In this document: in pieces, positions 27,901 through 42,516 of the stretch
Position numbering within the stretch: position 1 is the stretch's first letter
Layout: the number at the start of each line of letters is the position of its first letter
Assembly: GCA_021613535.1 (NCBI GenBank)
Contig: CP075495.1
Span: 13,392,001 to 13,456,000, forward strand
From: Adineta vaga
Lineage: Eukaryota > Animalia > Rotifera
Reading direction: 5' to 3'
DNA length: 64,000 nucleotides
Notes under the pieces: generated by a model
What the model was told of the DNA's origin: nothing
Databases searched by the model: none
Seen by the model: the letters and a program-made list of their open reading frames with translations, nothing else
Position numbers and translations under genes: made by a program

Positions 27901-28770
27901 TGATATAATTATTAATCTCTCCCTTTTCTATACATATCTATGTTTATCATCATCATATTAGACTCATTGATTTCCCTTTTACCTTTGTTTTATTGCTTGA
28001 TATTTGCTGTGTTCTTCATGCTTATAATACGCATTAATATTTATCTTTGTGTTGCTATCTTTCTCTAATGAATGTTATGTAAAATTTGGTTAAATACTGC
28101 TGCTGCTGCTACTGTTGTTGTGATTGTTGTTGTTGTTGTTGTTGTTTGTTGATGCATGCTAGCGAAATGTTCCAATATGCATATAGATCTAATTATATGG
28201 TCATATTTTATAATTATTTTTGTTTTACTCTTTTGTCGTATTACGGATGATTTGCTTGATAGCACGATTATGATGATGTGTTCGATTGTTGTGGATTGAT
28301 ATGAAGTTTGACTAGGTCATCTATATGTATTTATATATACATGTGTATACATATTGTCACTGTCAAACTAGAATCATCGATTTGTCTTCTCTACCTTATA
28401 GGACAATTGGTCGATAAATGAATCTGTCTCATCATACATCGTATTTTTATATGAAACATGACAAGAATATCTTTTTCTTTATTATTTTACGTCTATTTCA
28501 TTTTTTTCTACCCATGGTCATCTTTATAGATCTTTATGCTACATAATGACTAAATGAAAACTGAATGACTATGTGCATTATCATGTGTTCTTTTCTTAAT
28601 CATTGGAGTTTTTTCCATTGTTATTATGTAGTCTTTCAAAATGTGGATTTATCTTCTTTTTTTTTCTGTTTACTGTAGTATGAATATTTTGTATTTGATC
28701 AGAAAGAAAAAGAATTCTCTTCGATACGATCAAAAAGAAAACAAAATCCGCTGTCTATAATTCACTTCTT

Positions 28771-28807
<37 letters not shown>

Positions 28808-31800
28808 GTATATATGTATATATTGTTTTCTTGTTTTCGAGTCTTCTCGGTCTAATTCGATGGTATGACAATCAATAACAAACCGACGACCTTTGAAAAC
28901 ATGAAGAACGATTCTGTTTATTTCTCCGTAAAAAACTGTAATACTATCACAGCAATCAATCAATCAATCAATCGATAGGATCAAGAAATAACAAACAAAA
29001 AAGCAGAGATATTGAAAATCTGTTTCTAATATAGTCTTCTTGGAATGATATAGCAAAGACTCAATATTCCTATGACTGATCATAAATTTTGATGTGCTCA
29101 TTGAAAATATAATTGTTAACATTTTTATTCAACTATGGAAAACAATCAACAAATCGTGATTGAATATGATGTGCTCGATTTCATTGATTACTTTTCTCGT
29201 TAGATATATCATGATGTGGATAGAAATCGATCAAACAGAAAAGAACCTTGTATTCAAATAGAATTGATCTTTAATTATTACCAGCAAATCTTTGCCCTTC
29301 TTGAACAACAAGGTTAGAAAGTATTGATAGGTCTTCTTTTCTCATCGAAAACGTCTTCCTTTGTAAAGGTTAAGTGAGATTTTATCGTTTATTTTTAAGA
29401 TGTTGATGTTGACGGTATGATGAAGCGAATTCTAGATTATTATTACGTTTGTTATATACATATATACATATATATATATCATATCATCACTTCATTTTTA
29501 ATGTTTACACACACACAAAGATGAAGTGATGAGAGTACAAGAAAGTCTTTTTTTGTGCATTGATTTTCTTTTTGAAGAAATGAATGAGAATAAAACATAA
29601 TCTCAAAGGGAAATTAACCGAGACTGATATTAATAATAAGAAGAAAAAAGAAGAAGAGACGAGAAAATAAATCTATGACATATTGTTAGTCTATGGACAA
29701 CAATTGCTCTCGACTCCCTCCACCCACCATCGTTATCGTCATCATCTTCATCATCACGATAGAGATATTAATGCATTGCATTTATCAAAAAAACTATATC
29801 GGATATGTAGTTATATATGCATATATGCTGTTATTTCTCATTTCTTCATCTCTCACCACTCATCGACCTATACAAACGAAGTTTATATAATCAAGCGGAA
29901 AATATATAACTCATCGATAGCGTACAATGTTCATATTCTTTCTCTTATGATGATGAAGATGTTGATAATCATATATTTTCTCTTCGCCTTCATCTATTTT
30001 GATTTATGCACATGCACATTGTCTAGTAATAATGACGTCCAACTTGAGAAAACATAATAATTGTCTTCTGTTTGTTATGAACTTCGTATCACAAATCTTT
30101 ATTTGAATTTTCAATTGAAAAGTAAACTTTCACTCGATTTATCATGGGAGCTTGGTATGTACATATGAAAAGGAGAATATTGGAAAGAACATTTGTAATA
30201 ATAGTGACAGTTGTCTTTTGTCATTTATTACCAATTTCTAATTAATTCAAAATAAAAAAAAACTTAATGATTTTATTTTATTTAGGCTCTGTACTGGCAC
30301 CAAAAATGATGTTATCTCAGACAAATCATTACCTAGTAAGTACCTTGTCTATCTTTTGTTGTTGAATTTAACAATACATAAACAGATAAAGATAGTTTAT
30401 AAATAGTTAAGACCACCTACACAAACATCCTGGAAAAAAAGGGTATTTATCTCCGAGTGCTATTTCAACAACAGATCTATCCTTTCTATATATATATATA
30501 TATATATATATATTCATTCCTACTACGAAAATATAGATTTCTTTCATTTTTGAGGAGATTATTTAAGAAAAATGTCAAGATCATTCATTGACATCCAATA
30601 TAAGATGGCAAAGATTCATTTGAATTGATTGTTATATATCGAATAAATCTGTTAAATTCATATAAGAAAACGAAAAAAGTTTGTTGTTTTCTCCTATGCA
30701 TATTGCAGTAGTCATGTAACATTTGATATTGATGTTTTACATCTGGTGAAGAGTACACAAACTGTATGAATATGATCAAATTCCTTTCTAAAGAGCACTT
30801 CTTTCTCATAACTAAAGAACTAAAAAGATTTTTATTATTATTATTATTATTCTTTCTCATTTAAATAAGTTAGTTTTTACTCGATCAACTCTCAATTACC
30901 TTCATCTAACCGAAATCGAGATTTTCAGAGTAAAAATATGGCGTAAATAGAACCAGTATGCTCTCTATTTATATTTTTCCACCCTCGGAAAGTTGTTGAT
31001 AAGAAGTCTATTACTAGACGAATACAAAACACAATAATCTACGAGGATAGATGATAATAAAAAGAAAAGCCTTGGAATACAAAAAAAACAACCAGGGGAA
31101 TATTTTCCTTAATAGATAACGAAAATTAAATATAAATAGTCTTTCTACTCTAAATAGACATGAGAATGCAAAAAAAACCACGAAATAGTTTCGTGTGTAC
31201 GTTTTATTTTCGATTTGTTAATATGACAAATGATATTGTACATAGTAATAAATTGTTCTAAACTTTTTTCTCTTGATGTTTTCGTCAATATTATCTCTCT
31301 GTTAGTTGTACCACTTTGTCATTCTGCTTATTCGCACAAACATATTTGCATTAGAGATTGGTCCTTTAGCCCCTAGTAGTTAGTATCCTGTCTTCTTCAT
31401 AGTCGAGAACGTTTCTTGTCATTTGCTTGTTCTTTTCCATTCTTGATTCTTTTTGTCGTTACGATTGCGACATCAACTGTTCTTCTAACACCGATATTCT
31501 ATTTATTCTCTTCATATAGATTTTTCATCACTAGAAGAAAAAGATCGTTCTCTTCATATACGAACAACATCTAACTACGATATTGATAATAGTGAGACAA
31601 GTACAAAAATTGCAAAATCTACTCACAGAGATGAGATTACAACCGATCAAAGAAATAGATTGGTTGAAACAAGTTTTCCTTTACAAGTGTCAACGATAAC
31701 TCTAACAGATGATAAAATACAAAAACAAAAACTAATGGAACACGAACAACATACAGGATCATCTCGAACTGACTCTCAATTTCATATTCAAACATCAGGT

Positions 31801-34800
31801 ACACCAACAATTAAACGACGTGGTTTAGTCTATTCAAAATCAGACGAAATTTATTCAACACCACCACCAATGGATGATATTTTTCACGATGCAAGCGATG
31901 ATTTTAACACCAATCAAGATCAAACAGGTACGTTTAAATGTACATGTGCTTATTAAATTGAATATGCATGCAAGCAGAAAAGAAAGGAGACGTCATGTCG
32001 ACCTCTTTCAGATGAATTCATTTACGAGAACATTGACTAATTTAACTACTTTGAGTGCGTCTGTAAATGGTCAACCTTAATTCATTTTTTCTTCTTCTCC
32101 TTCTTTCTTTCTCTTGTCACACACTTTTATCGACAACATACAATCATAAAACATGCATATGCCGGACATAAATTAGAACTTGACATACATATAGACATAC
32201 ATTGTAATTTTTCTTTTCCTGCCGTCTACAACGAACAATGAAAAAAATCCATTCTCGACATTTGTTTTTATATTGTTTATAGATATGCCAACAAAAATTT
32301 ATCCAGATTGGAATCGACCTTCAGAAGATAAACATATACAAAAACCTGTACAAAATCAAGACTTATTTATTAGAGAATCTTCCGATGGTAACGATTTTCT
32401 TTAATCTTAATGATGCATTCTATGTTATATTTTTCTTTTCAGTTAAAATTCCAATAAAACCTGAAACAATATCAAAACCGAATGAATCCACGGCATTATC
32501 ATTTACTCGTCCATTAAAATCATCGATTGAAAAGATGCAAAAAACTCTAGATGATAATAATGATTCATCAATTTCTACAACAAATCGTTCAATCTATCTT
32601 CCAATTGAGAAACAACGTGGTCTTTCGGAAATTATTCGAAAACGTAATAGCCGATATAAAGTTGAAGATTACAAACGTTCAATACAGAAATCAAATACGT
32701 TTGATGAACAACAATCTCAATATTTTCGATCATTATCAGCACGTGATGATATACATACATTATCAACTGATCAATCATCATCATCCACTCGAAGTCCTCG
32801 ACAAATTCAACGTTTTAATAAAACACAATCTATGGATTTTTCCTATGAATATGATCAACCAGCATTTTCATCGTCAGGAAGATTTCCATCGAATGAAAAG
32901 ATTTTAGAAGAACAAAATCCAAATGAGTACGTATATAAAATAGTATATCGAATCAATTCGATTGATTTTCTTGATTTAGAAACAATGAAACTGATGATAC
33001 AATCAATGTTAGTGCTCGACGAAATCTCTTCGAAACATTTCCGAAAGATTCGCAGATTGCTCGCAGTTTAATACGTTCAAAATCATTCAAAGAAAAGTAA
33101 TCAATTTGTTTAATTTCATTTTCGAAAAAAATTAGAAATTCTCTTCTTTATGTAGATCTTTCTCTTCATCAAATGAAAGATATTCTGTACCAATAAAATC
33201 AGTCAATGATATTGAACAAACATCATCAGTTATACAAAATCGTATTCCAAATGAAATTGATGAGAATTCCATCGTAGATAATTCAATAGATGTCTTTGAT
33301 GATGATACATCGAAACTAACATTTAAAGAAAAAATGATTTTATTTAATAAAAAGAAAAATAATAGTTCAGCATCATCATCATCTTCACTAAAAGCTAATC
33401 GAAATCGACTTACCCAGGTAAATCTGATTCACATTCTTTTTTTTTCGATGACTAATAGACTGCACCATACCATACTACTACATTCATATGTGTAGGAAGA
33501 GAAAGAGAGATATCATTTGAAAGAACGAAGAAGAAAATGTGTCTATTCATATTTTAACAATAGAAATTTGATTCTTCTTCTTTTTCTTCTTCTTCTTCTA
33601 GCCAATAACTGCTGAAGAAGTTCTTGCAGCTGAACATTTCTCTACTGACACATCACCAACATCAAGTTCTAAGCAATTAGATACAACACCTCCTCGTATG
33701 TATACAAAAAATATATTCCTTGATAAAAAGACAAAGCATGTCTTTTTATTTTGTTGTGACCATCTAGTGAATGACAAATCCTTAATGCATGATAGTTTAT
33801 CATTATCATTATCACTGAATTCTTTCGTTGAAGAAGAAATTTTTCCTCACAAACCAATCCTTCAAACATCTGTTTTACAAGAAAATCGTTTGGGTGAAGA
33901 GCATGTTAAACATTTGACAATGCACAATATCGGTATGCGTTTTTTTTTTCAGTAGACTTTTGAGTTTATCTTAGCAATTGTCAACACTTATTATTTCTTT
34001 TTCTCTATAATTTATCTATGTATCATCACTTGCGTTGTTTCTTTCTCTTGTTCGTTTATAAATGATTTACATGTAGTTATTTTTATTCCATTAGAAGATA
34101 CAAATATGTTGAGTCAAGAAGAAACAGAAAATATGATACCGGTGAGCAAAAGGTATGTAAAATAAGATGAACTTTATTTCGTTTTATATTGTTATTGTTA
34201 TTGTTATTGTTATTGAAGACTCGAACTATTAAAAACATATGGTGAAAATGAATGGAAAAAACGTGTAAAATCAACTAATGATGCAAATGAATTTACTGTT
34301 GAAGGAAAACTTCGACAAGCAGGTATAGATCGAACAAAAAAGGAATCCGTCTTTTCTTTGAAAATACTGTTTTACTTTTTAGGCAAACTTTCTACACCTA
34401 CAGATGAACAAAAATTATTACCATCAAGTACACGAAAAACACCGACGTTGAAATACAATGCAAAGAAAACGAATACGGATCAAGAACAGCGTGCTAAAAC
34501 TGTTGATGTCGTTCGTCTTAAAGCTGGTTAGTAGAGAAAAAAAATTAGAAATTGATCGTTTCACATCGTCCATTCATTGACTTTTCCTATTAGTATAATA
34601 TATAGGTTTTTATTAGTAGACAAAAAAAGAAGAAGAGAAAAGAAAAGAAAAGAAATGTATTGACTCCTTTTTTTCTCCCTTTGTCTCTTGCATTTTGTGC
34701 GTGACTTAAGCTACCATTCTTGAAATGTTGCATCATCATCAGTAGTGTAATAGTACCATCAATGTCCATTCTCGTCGTCACATCTATACATATATAGATT

Positions 34801-37800
34801 CATGCAAAAATTGATCGTTCGTCCAGACTAATTCATTAATTGTTTTTCACACTCATGTACTTATCTAACTTTATATACATTGCTCATTGAGTTAAATAGA
34901 TGCGCACGCTTGTGCATTGACTCATTGATCGATTGATATATGCTTTCCTAACTTTCAATGAAGTATTACGTCAGGGAAAGAATATCTTTCATCATCATTG
35001 CTAGTTACTCTTTTTCTTACCGTCGGAAGATACAGATAGCATGTTAGCTCTTGTTTTTCTATCACTGAACGTCTTCACGATATCCCATGAGAATAGAATA
35101 CATGGGTCTCTTGCATAACAATCTTATACCGTACAAACAATAACATTAAAGAGAAATAGAGAGAGAAAGAACTCATTCTTTTTCTTTTTTCACTCTCTTT
35201 CTCGTTTCTCATCTCTTCTTCATCACCATCATCTTTTATACGAGCAAACTCGTTCGACTACTACTACTACTACTATTCATCATCATTCTCATCCTCATTT
35301 TTATTCTACCCATCGACAACAAACATACTTCTTTTCTCCTCTTCTCTAAGCACATACATACATCCTTAGTTTTAACTCTACATTTTTCTCCTTCACAACA
35401 TTCTTCTTTTTCTAACCATGAATGTACATAACATTCTTCCTAATAAACTATCTACGACTGAAGAGTATAAGATGACATACATTTATCATTGATACTATTT
35501 GAATATCGACATTTATAAGTCATCATTTATTGACGAAAATCGAGGTGGATTACATTTTTTTAAAGATGTGATAAAACACACATAGATTATTATTAGAATA
35601 ATTATCATCATCATCATCATCGTATAACGAATAACAACAACATTTAGGCAAAAAAGAACAGTCTAAATAGTATGGGACAATGTGTTGACAAGGACATTGC
35701 TATTGAACAGCACGACAAGAAGACAAGTACATTAGTTATTCATCTAAACTTCTTTTTTTCTGTCCTTCAAAACAGATGATACTTACAGATGTTTATCTTG
35801 AACTTTTTTTTTATTTTATTTTATTTTTCTATCTAGAATCGGCCGTTAATAACAAGGACATAAAGCAAATATCGTCATCGAATTCAAAAAGTAATGAAAC
35901 AAGTAAGAAATCTAAGACAAAAGATAAACATGATTTTTTCTATTGACCATCTATATAATATTTTTTCTTTTAGCATCAACTAGTAATAATAATAATAATA
36001 AAAACAATGTTGTGTCAGTATTAAAGTCAGATACAGTATCTATATTAAAACCTGATGATCATTTCGATGATTTTTTTGCTGATACAAATAAAAATTTAAA
36101 TAATGAATCATCTATTCAATTGAATACGGATGATCTTAATCGAATAGCTGAAAATGCGGTCAGGTAAAGTTGAATAAAACGAAATGATATTTCAAATTCT
36201 TTAATTGAACTATATTAGATTACAATCACAACCAGCGCGTGTTCGTCCACCTCGTCGACAACAACAGGGAGCAAAGAATCCTCTTCGACAAATTCAAGTA
36301 ACTGTTCCAACAACTAATGAATACACAGAAATACATACAAATATTTCTGAACAAGAACTTCGTCGATTAAAACGAGCTCAAAGTAAGAAAGAACAAATAA
36401 TGCGTCTTTTTTTCCTTCTATCGACAATTAAGGAAATCTAATTACATGTATACGTTGATCTTCGTAAATATTTGTAATTAGATTTAGTAAATGACAATCT
36501 TAACTAACACTTAGTTAGTATTCTTCAATACTTATTGTTAGATAATCAAGAGAAGTAAACATCCAATGATGTGATGAAAAATATAAGAGACTGTATATTT
36601 TAGATGAAATTTATCGGAAGTGTTCATAATCGATCGATGAGAAGACTATTTATCTGGAATTTTTTTCTGCAGATAATGAGATTTAACCTTAGGGAATGAC
36701 TACTCATATACTTTATCGATATCATTCCATCTAATGATTATTATCTAATCGATTATCTTTAAATAAATTGAGTTACAAAAGTATTAGAATAACTTACAAC
36801 ATATTCACATATCTATGCTGTTTGAAGAAAGTTCATTTTCTTCGATAAATCTTTCTGGATCTTTGTTCTGTATTGAGATGAAAGTTGACCTTGATGCGTC
36901 GGAAATGTGTCGAAGCACTTAAAAATTAACATCTTTAAAGGTTTTGTATTCGCTTATTCTAGTTGCCGAAAATGCTGGTCTTGCTCAGGAAGCATTAGCT
37001 GCTTTAGCAGCAACGGAAAATTTTGCTGAAATTAACCTACGAAAAATTGATCGAGCAGCTGTTGCAACATTTGGTTTTGAACCTTATAAAGATTTGATGT
37101 TAATATTAATTAAAGGTCGTCGTCATTGTTCATTACGTTTAGTTAATCCAATATTTGATTCAGTCAATGAAGGCGATTGTTATTTATTAATAACTCCATC
37201 GAAAGTTTTTGCTTGGCTTGGTCATTACTCGAATACATTAGAGAAAGCCAAAACCATGGATATTATTGATTTCTTAAAACAACAACGTGATTTTGGTTTA
37301 CGTAGTGAAGTTAAATATTTTATTTTGGATCAAGCCAATGATGATATAGAAACTGATATTTATGCTGAATTTGCTGATATTTTACATGGTGATGATGAGA
37401 ATTTTAAATCGATGGATCTTGTCACAGATGATGATTATTATGAAGCAAATGTTATGGAATTAAATCGTGTTTATCGTTTAGATAATGATATGCTAATTCC
37501 ATTAGATGATTTTTGTTTTCGTTCATTATCCGTGAAAATTCTTGATCCAAATGAAGTATTTGTCTTTGATTTTGGTTCGGAATTATATGTTTGGAATGGT
37601 AAATATGCTGATAAAACAAAACGTAATGTGGGTTTACAATTAGCACAACAATTATGGAATGATCCATATGATTTTTCAGAATGTTTAATCAATCCATTTG
37701 AACCATTGGATGGTAAGATTATTTAATAGAAAACTTCTTTTTTTCTCTCATAGAAAAATATTTTTATTTAGATAAAAATGAATCTGTAAATCAAACGGGT

Positions 37801-40135
37801 ACTAAACGACCAACGTGGTGTATATTTGGTAAACAAAATCAAAATGTTGAAACTTTATTATTTAAAGGAAAATTCTATGATTGGCCTGGTGATTTGAAAG
37901 AACTTAAACCAATTAATGATGCTGCAAATAATGTAAATCGTATACCATCAGCAAGACGGGTATGAAATTGAAATAGTTGAAAATAATAGTTGATTGTATT
38001 CTTGATTTTCTAGCCTCCGTCAATTGTTGAAATGCTTAAGCCAGCTGATGTTCAGAAAATGCTTGCAAAACAAGATAATCCAGTAAATATGATCCTTGAA
38101 CAAGCTAATTTAGGACGAGGAAAACATTGGTATGATCCAGTTGAATTACGTGGTCATGATGTTCAAACAATATCATTGAATGTTTGGCATGTGAGTGAAA
38201 ATGAACGTCATGAATTAACTAAATCAAGTTATGGACAATTTCATGCTGATGATGTTTATATTATACGATGGAGATATAAATTAGTAGCATCAGGTAAATA
38301 ATTCTCAATATTTCAAGAAGAAGTTTACATTTCAAAGTCAAAATAATCAATTCTTCTTTTTTCCTTGGTTTGTTTTCTTTTCTATAAGATATTTCTTATC
38401 ATAGGATTTCATTCGATTACAACTGGTAAAGCATCTGTAAGAAAAACAGATACCGGTCGAGATCGTGTTGCTTATTGGATATGGCAAGGTATCAATGCTA
38501 GTCCTAATGAAAAAGGTATTTCAGCGTTAATGACGGTTTTTCTTGATGAAGAGAAAGGTCCACATGTAAGTAAACGGTCTCCTTTTGGTTTATTTCATGA
38601 GAACTAATTATTCCTCTTTAGGTTCATGTTATTCAAGAACGTGAAGAAGCAACATTCTTACAACTATTCGATGGAACATTAACAATTCATATGGGTAAAC
38701 GTAATCAATCAAATTCAAATAAAACCTCACCTTGGCATTTATATGTATTTCTTGGAGAAATTGATGTAGAAAGTCATTGGTTGGAATTAAATGTTGATAA
38801 TGGAAATTTACGTAGTCATACATCATTTCTTTTGATTAATAATATTGATAATTTAATGTTACTTTGGCATGGTTATGGAACAACATCTGAACAAAAAGCT
38901 TTAGCAAATCAGTCAGCAATGAAATTACGTGAAAAGTTCGTGATATTTATTTTATGATTTAAAATATTCTTGATCGATTTTAGACGTGCGGATGAATTTC
39001 ATTTTAATAATGAACATGAATATATTGAATTTAATGAAATGCAAGAAGGTGATGAAACTGATGTATTTTGGAATGTATTTCATGAATCAAAACATCAACG
39101 AAAATATCATTCATTATTAAATGGTAAGAAAAGAAAGAAGAAAAAAAAATTCAATGAATTGTTTTGTTTTCTTCAAGCTCGAACAGTTAAAAAGTTAACT
39201 GCAACGATGCGAATCTTTCATTTATCAAGTCTACATGGTCCATTTGTTGCTCAAGAACTTCTCTATCCTCTTCGTTCTCCTAATCATATTTCAGCATTTC
39301 CATTTACTCAAGCTGATCTATATGATCTTCAACAACCTGCATTATGTTTAATTGATGCACAAACAGAAATATATATATGGCAAGGTTGGACTGATATGTC
39401 CGATGATGAACTTGATTTACACTTAAACAATGCTAATATTCAAGCTGGAGGACCAAAAGATATACGTTTTACTGCTGAACGTCGTTGTACTTTCCGTACA
39501 GCAGTAGAATATTGTAAAGGTAGATTGACATACAATTGAATGATTATTCAACATTATCTATGTTTTGTTTATTTAGCAAAAACTGGTTCATCTACTGTTG
39601 ATGTACCTTGTTCAATAGTATATGCTGGTTTAGAACCAATTGATTTCATAAATTTATTTCCAAAATGGACGGTTAATATGAAAGCACGACAACAAAATCA
39701 ATTAGTAAGTTTTCTTACACATGACTTGATGATGTTTGATATAACAAAAACAAACTACATTATGTTTTATTTTAGGACGGTAAAAAATTCAATCAAAAAG
39801 ATTCAGTACCGGATATATTGAAACAATTATGCCGTGAACAGTATACTATTGAAGAACTTCGAACCCGTCCATTACCAGAAGGTATACTAGAAAGAAAGAA
39901 AGTGCTAGATGAAATTTTGAAAAATCATTTGTATTTATAGGTGTTGATCCCTCTAAAATTGAATTCTATCTTTCAGACGAAGATTTTCAGGTATAATATC
40001 TATTTCTTTTGTACGAAAAAATATGTTTTCTTTTTTTTCTTTGTTTAGAAAGAATTTCGTATGACGAAGGATGAATATTATGCTTTACCATATTGGAAAC
40101 AAACAAATATTAAAAAACCACTTGGATTTTTCTAA
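21999..40135 (+). CDS. SVIL: Supervillin-like villin/gelsolin family protein with very long disordered N-terminus and C-terminal headpiece
   Basis: Supervillin-type 'ALAALAATENFAEINLRK', 'PYKDLMLILIKGRRH', gelsolin repeats ('VFVFDFGSELYVWNG', 'GQFHADDVYIIRWRY', 'EIYIWQGW') and headpiece '[48 protein letters not shown]'. Upstream Ser/Pro/Gln-rich exons from 21999 join with compatible phases at the junctions checked. The 5' extent is less certain than the 36.9-40.1 kb part. Confidence 0.85.
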
Positions 40136-41203
40136 ATCAAATCAAATCAACGATTTTCTTAATCTCCTGTGTTATCCAATCGTACCATTCTTGTTTATAT
40201 ATATATATCATTAGACGCTTTCTTCTTCCACCAGATACTATCGTTCATACAAAACAACGAAATGTTTTTTTGCTCTGTTTTACAAATATGTTCCTTGTTG
40301 GCGAATGATCATATGTGTATGTGTGTGTGTGTATTGTCTGTTATATATGTATACAATTTTTTTTTCTGTCCAATTGTTAAAACTATTCTGTTTTTTCTTC
40401 CTCATGCCGCTTCTTTATGTCTTACATATCTCACTGTTCCCTTGTCACTCTTTTGTTTGTTTATTTGTTTTACATCTATTTTTTCACTCTGCTATTTGTG
40501 TATGAGGATGGTCTTCTTTACAGCAAACAATAAGAGTTCAGTTCTCTTTTTTTTTTCTTTCTATTTTTACGTATGTGAAACTAAGATGAGATAAAATAAA
40601 CAAAATATCTGCAAAAACAATGTATACATATATTTCCAACAACAACAAACTGGTGATGAATTTGATCTAGTATGAATATAATATGAATGAAATCAAATAT
40701 GATTATTAATGAAGAAAAATATAGGTTGATTTTATTTGCATTTTGTTTCGAGAAAAATTGCATATAGATATGATTTGTAATTATATATTTTTTATCTTTC
40801 AATATTGTTTTTCTTGCACTTTATTCTATTTTGAGACTCTATACGATTAGATTAAATCAAATCAATGATTGAAATAAAATAAGTATTGCAATGTAATCGT
40901 TGTATCAACAAGCATTTAAATATATTTTCAGCTATTATTTTCATGAAGGTCGAATGAATACTTTGTATTGAGGTAATAACCAACACAAATTCATTTTTTA
41001 CGCCTACCTTTAAAGTAAATAACTGAAGGGAGATGATTCATGAAATGAATACACGTTTTTCTTTTTTCTTATTCCAAAGCTAAATCAAATATAAAACTAA
41101 TACCTATACGAGAACAAAAAACGCACGGCAGTACACTATAATATAGCACAGTATCGATCTTTTCAGCGTATCGTCGTGCCAATATAAATCCTACGTCAAA
41201 AGA

Positions 41204-42248
41204 ATGCGGATCTGTTCAAGCGTTGTCTTCTTGATATTTGTGTTGGATGTATACATATCTGCTGTTCGAATTGGTTCATTTAATTTACATCAATATGGTA
41301 GTAAGAAAGCAGCCAATGCAACATTAACTGATCTTGTTGCAAAAATTTTGAATGATTTTGATATAGCCATAATTCAAGAGATTACCGATGTTACTATAAA
41401 AGCTCCATATGTTTTATTTGATGCATTGAATAAAATATCGAAAACAAAACCATATACGATGACATTGAGTGAACGTGTCGGACGATCATCAACCAAAGAA
41501 CAATATATATTTTTCAATCGTGAATCAACATCAGGTGTAAAATTAATTAATTATTATCTTTATGAAGATACAGAAGATTATTTCGAACGACCTCCGTAAG
41601 AACTAAAATTTAGTATCTTTTGGTTTTATTTTTCAATGTTATTTTAGTTTCATAGGAACATTCGAAGTAATAAGTAAAGATTCATCAGGTGTGAAATATT
41701 TCACTATTATGGATGTTCATTTACGACCAGATTCCGCTTATCAAGAATTAATTGATATGCGCCGTGTTATCAGAGATTTTATTATTAAAAATACTCGTTA
41801 TTTTACGGATACATCAACGTCGTTAGCACAAGCTTTGGCACAAAATGTGATTGATGCAACAGCTAGTAACAAACCAAGTTTAAAAACCAATCATCCCATT
41901 CTAATCATTGGTGATTTCAATGCTGATTGTTCCTATATTTCTCTCAAACGTCAAGAAACACTACGGTATGTAGAGATCAACTTCAGTTTTCCATCACAAT
42001 CATACATATTCATTTTTAGTTCGATTAATTTTGCTGATTTTACATGGGTAATTAACAATGAAGTTAAAACAAATACTCGACAAACATGTACATATGATCG
42101 TATTTTTGTCAATGGAGATAAATTTGTCAAAGCTATTGTTCCAAGAAGTAATACAACAGTTGATTTTCAAACACGATTTGGTATGACATTAGATCAAGCA
42201 CTTGGTGTGAGTGATCATTTTCCAATAAAATTCGATATTAACTGGTAA
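41204..42248 (+). CDS. DNASE1: Secreted deoxyribonuclease I-like enzyme, 3 exons
   Basis: Signal peptide, then 'RIGSFNL', 'DIAIIQEI', 'SERVGRSSTKEQYIF', 'FERPP', catalytic 'VHLRPDSA', 'IIGDFNADCSY', 'CTYDRIFV', 'VSDHFPI'. Confidence 0.93.
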
Positions 42249-42516
42249 TAAACTGACATTTATTTTATGCTCTTATTATAAATGAAATATAAATACGATA
42301 ATTAATAACTTTATTTATGTTTCAATCAATCATACAAATACGCTGGAATTAAGATATAAGAAATATAAAAATAGATACATCACACACACACACACACATG
42401 TTTCATTATTGAGAGAATTTAGAAGAGACCTATTTGTACAATTACATTAAAAGTAAGACTACAAGTATTGATACGATATAAAAGAAAGTAGAAGAATATG
42501 TTCAGATTGATTTAAT

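Noticed and set aside
35419-35470. Possible alternative first exon of supervillin (MNVHNILPNKLSTTEE)
   Set aside because: Its only nearby donor is phase 2, which is incompatible with the next exon (phase 1) and leads to a stop.
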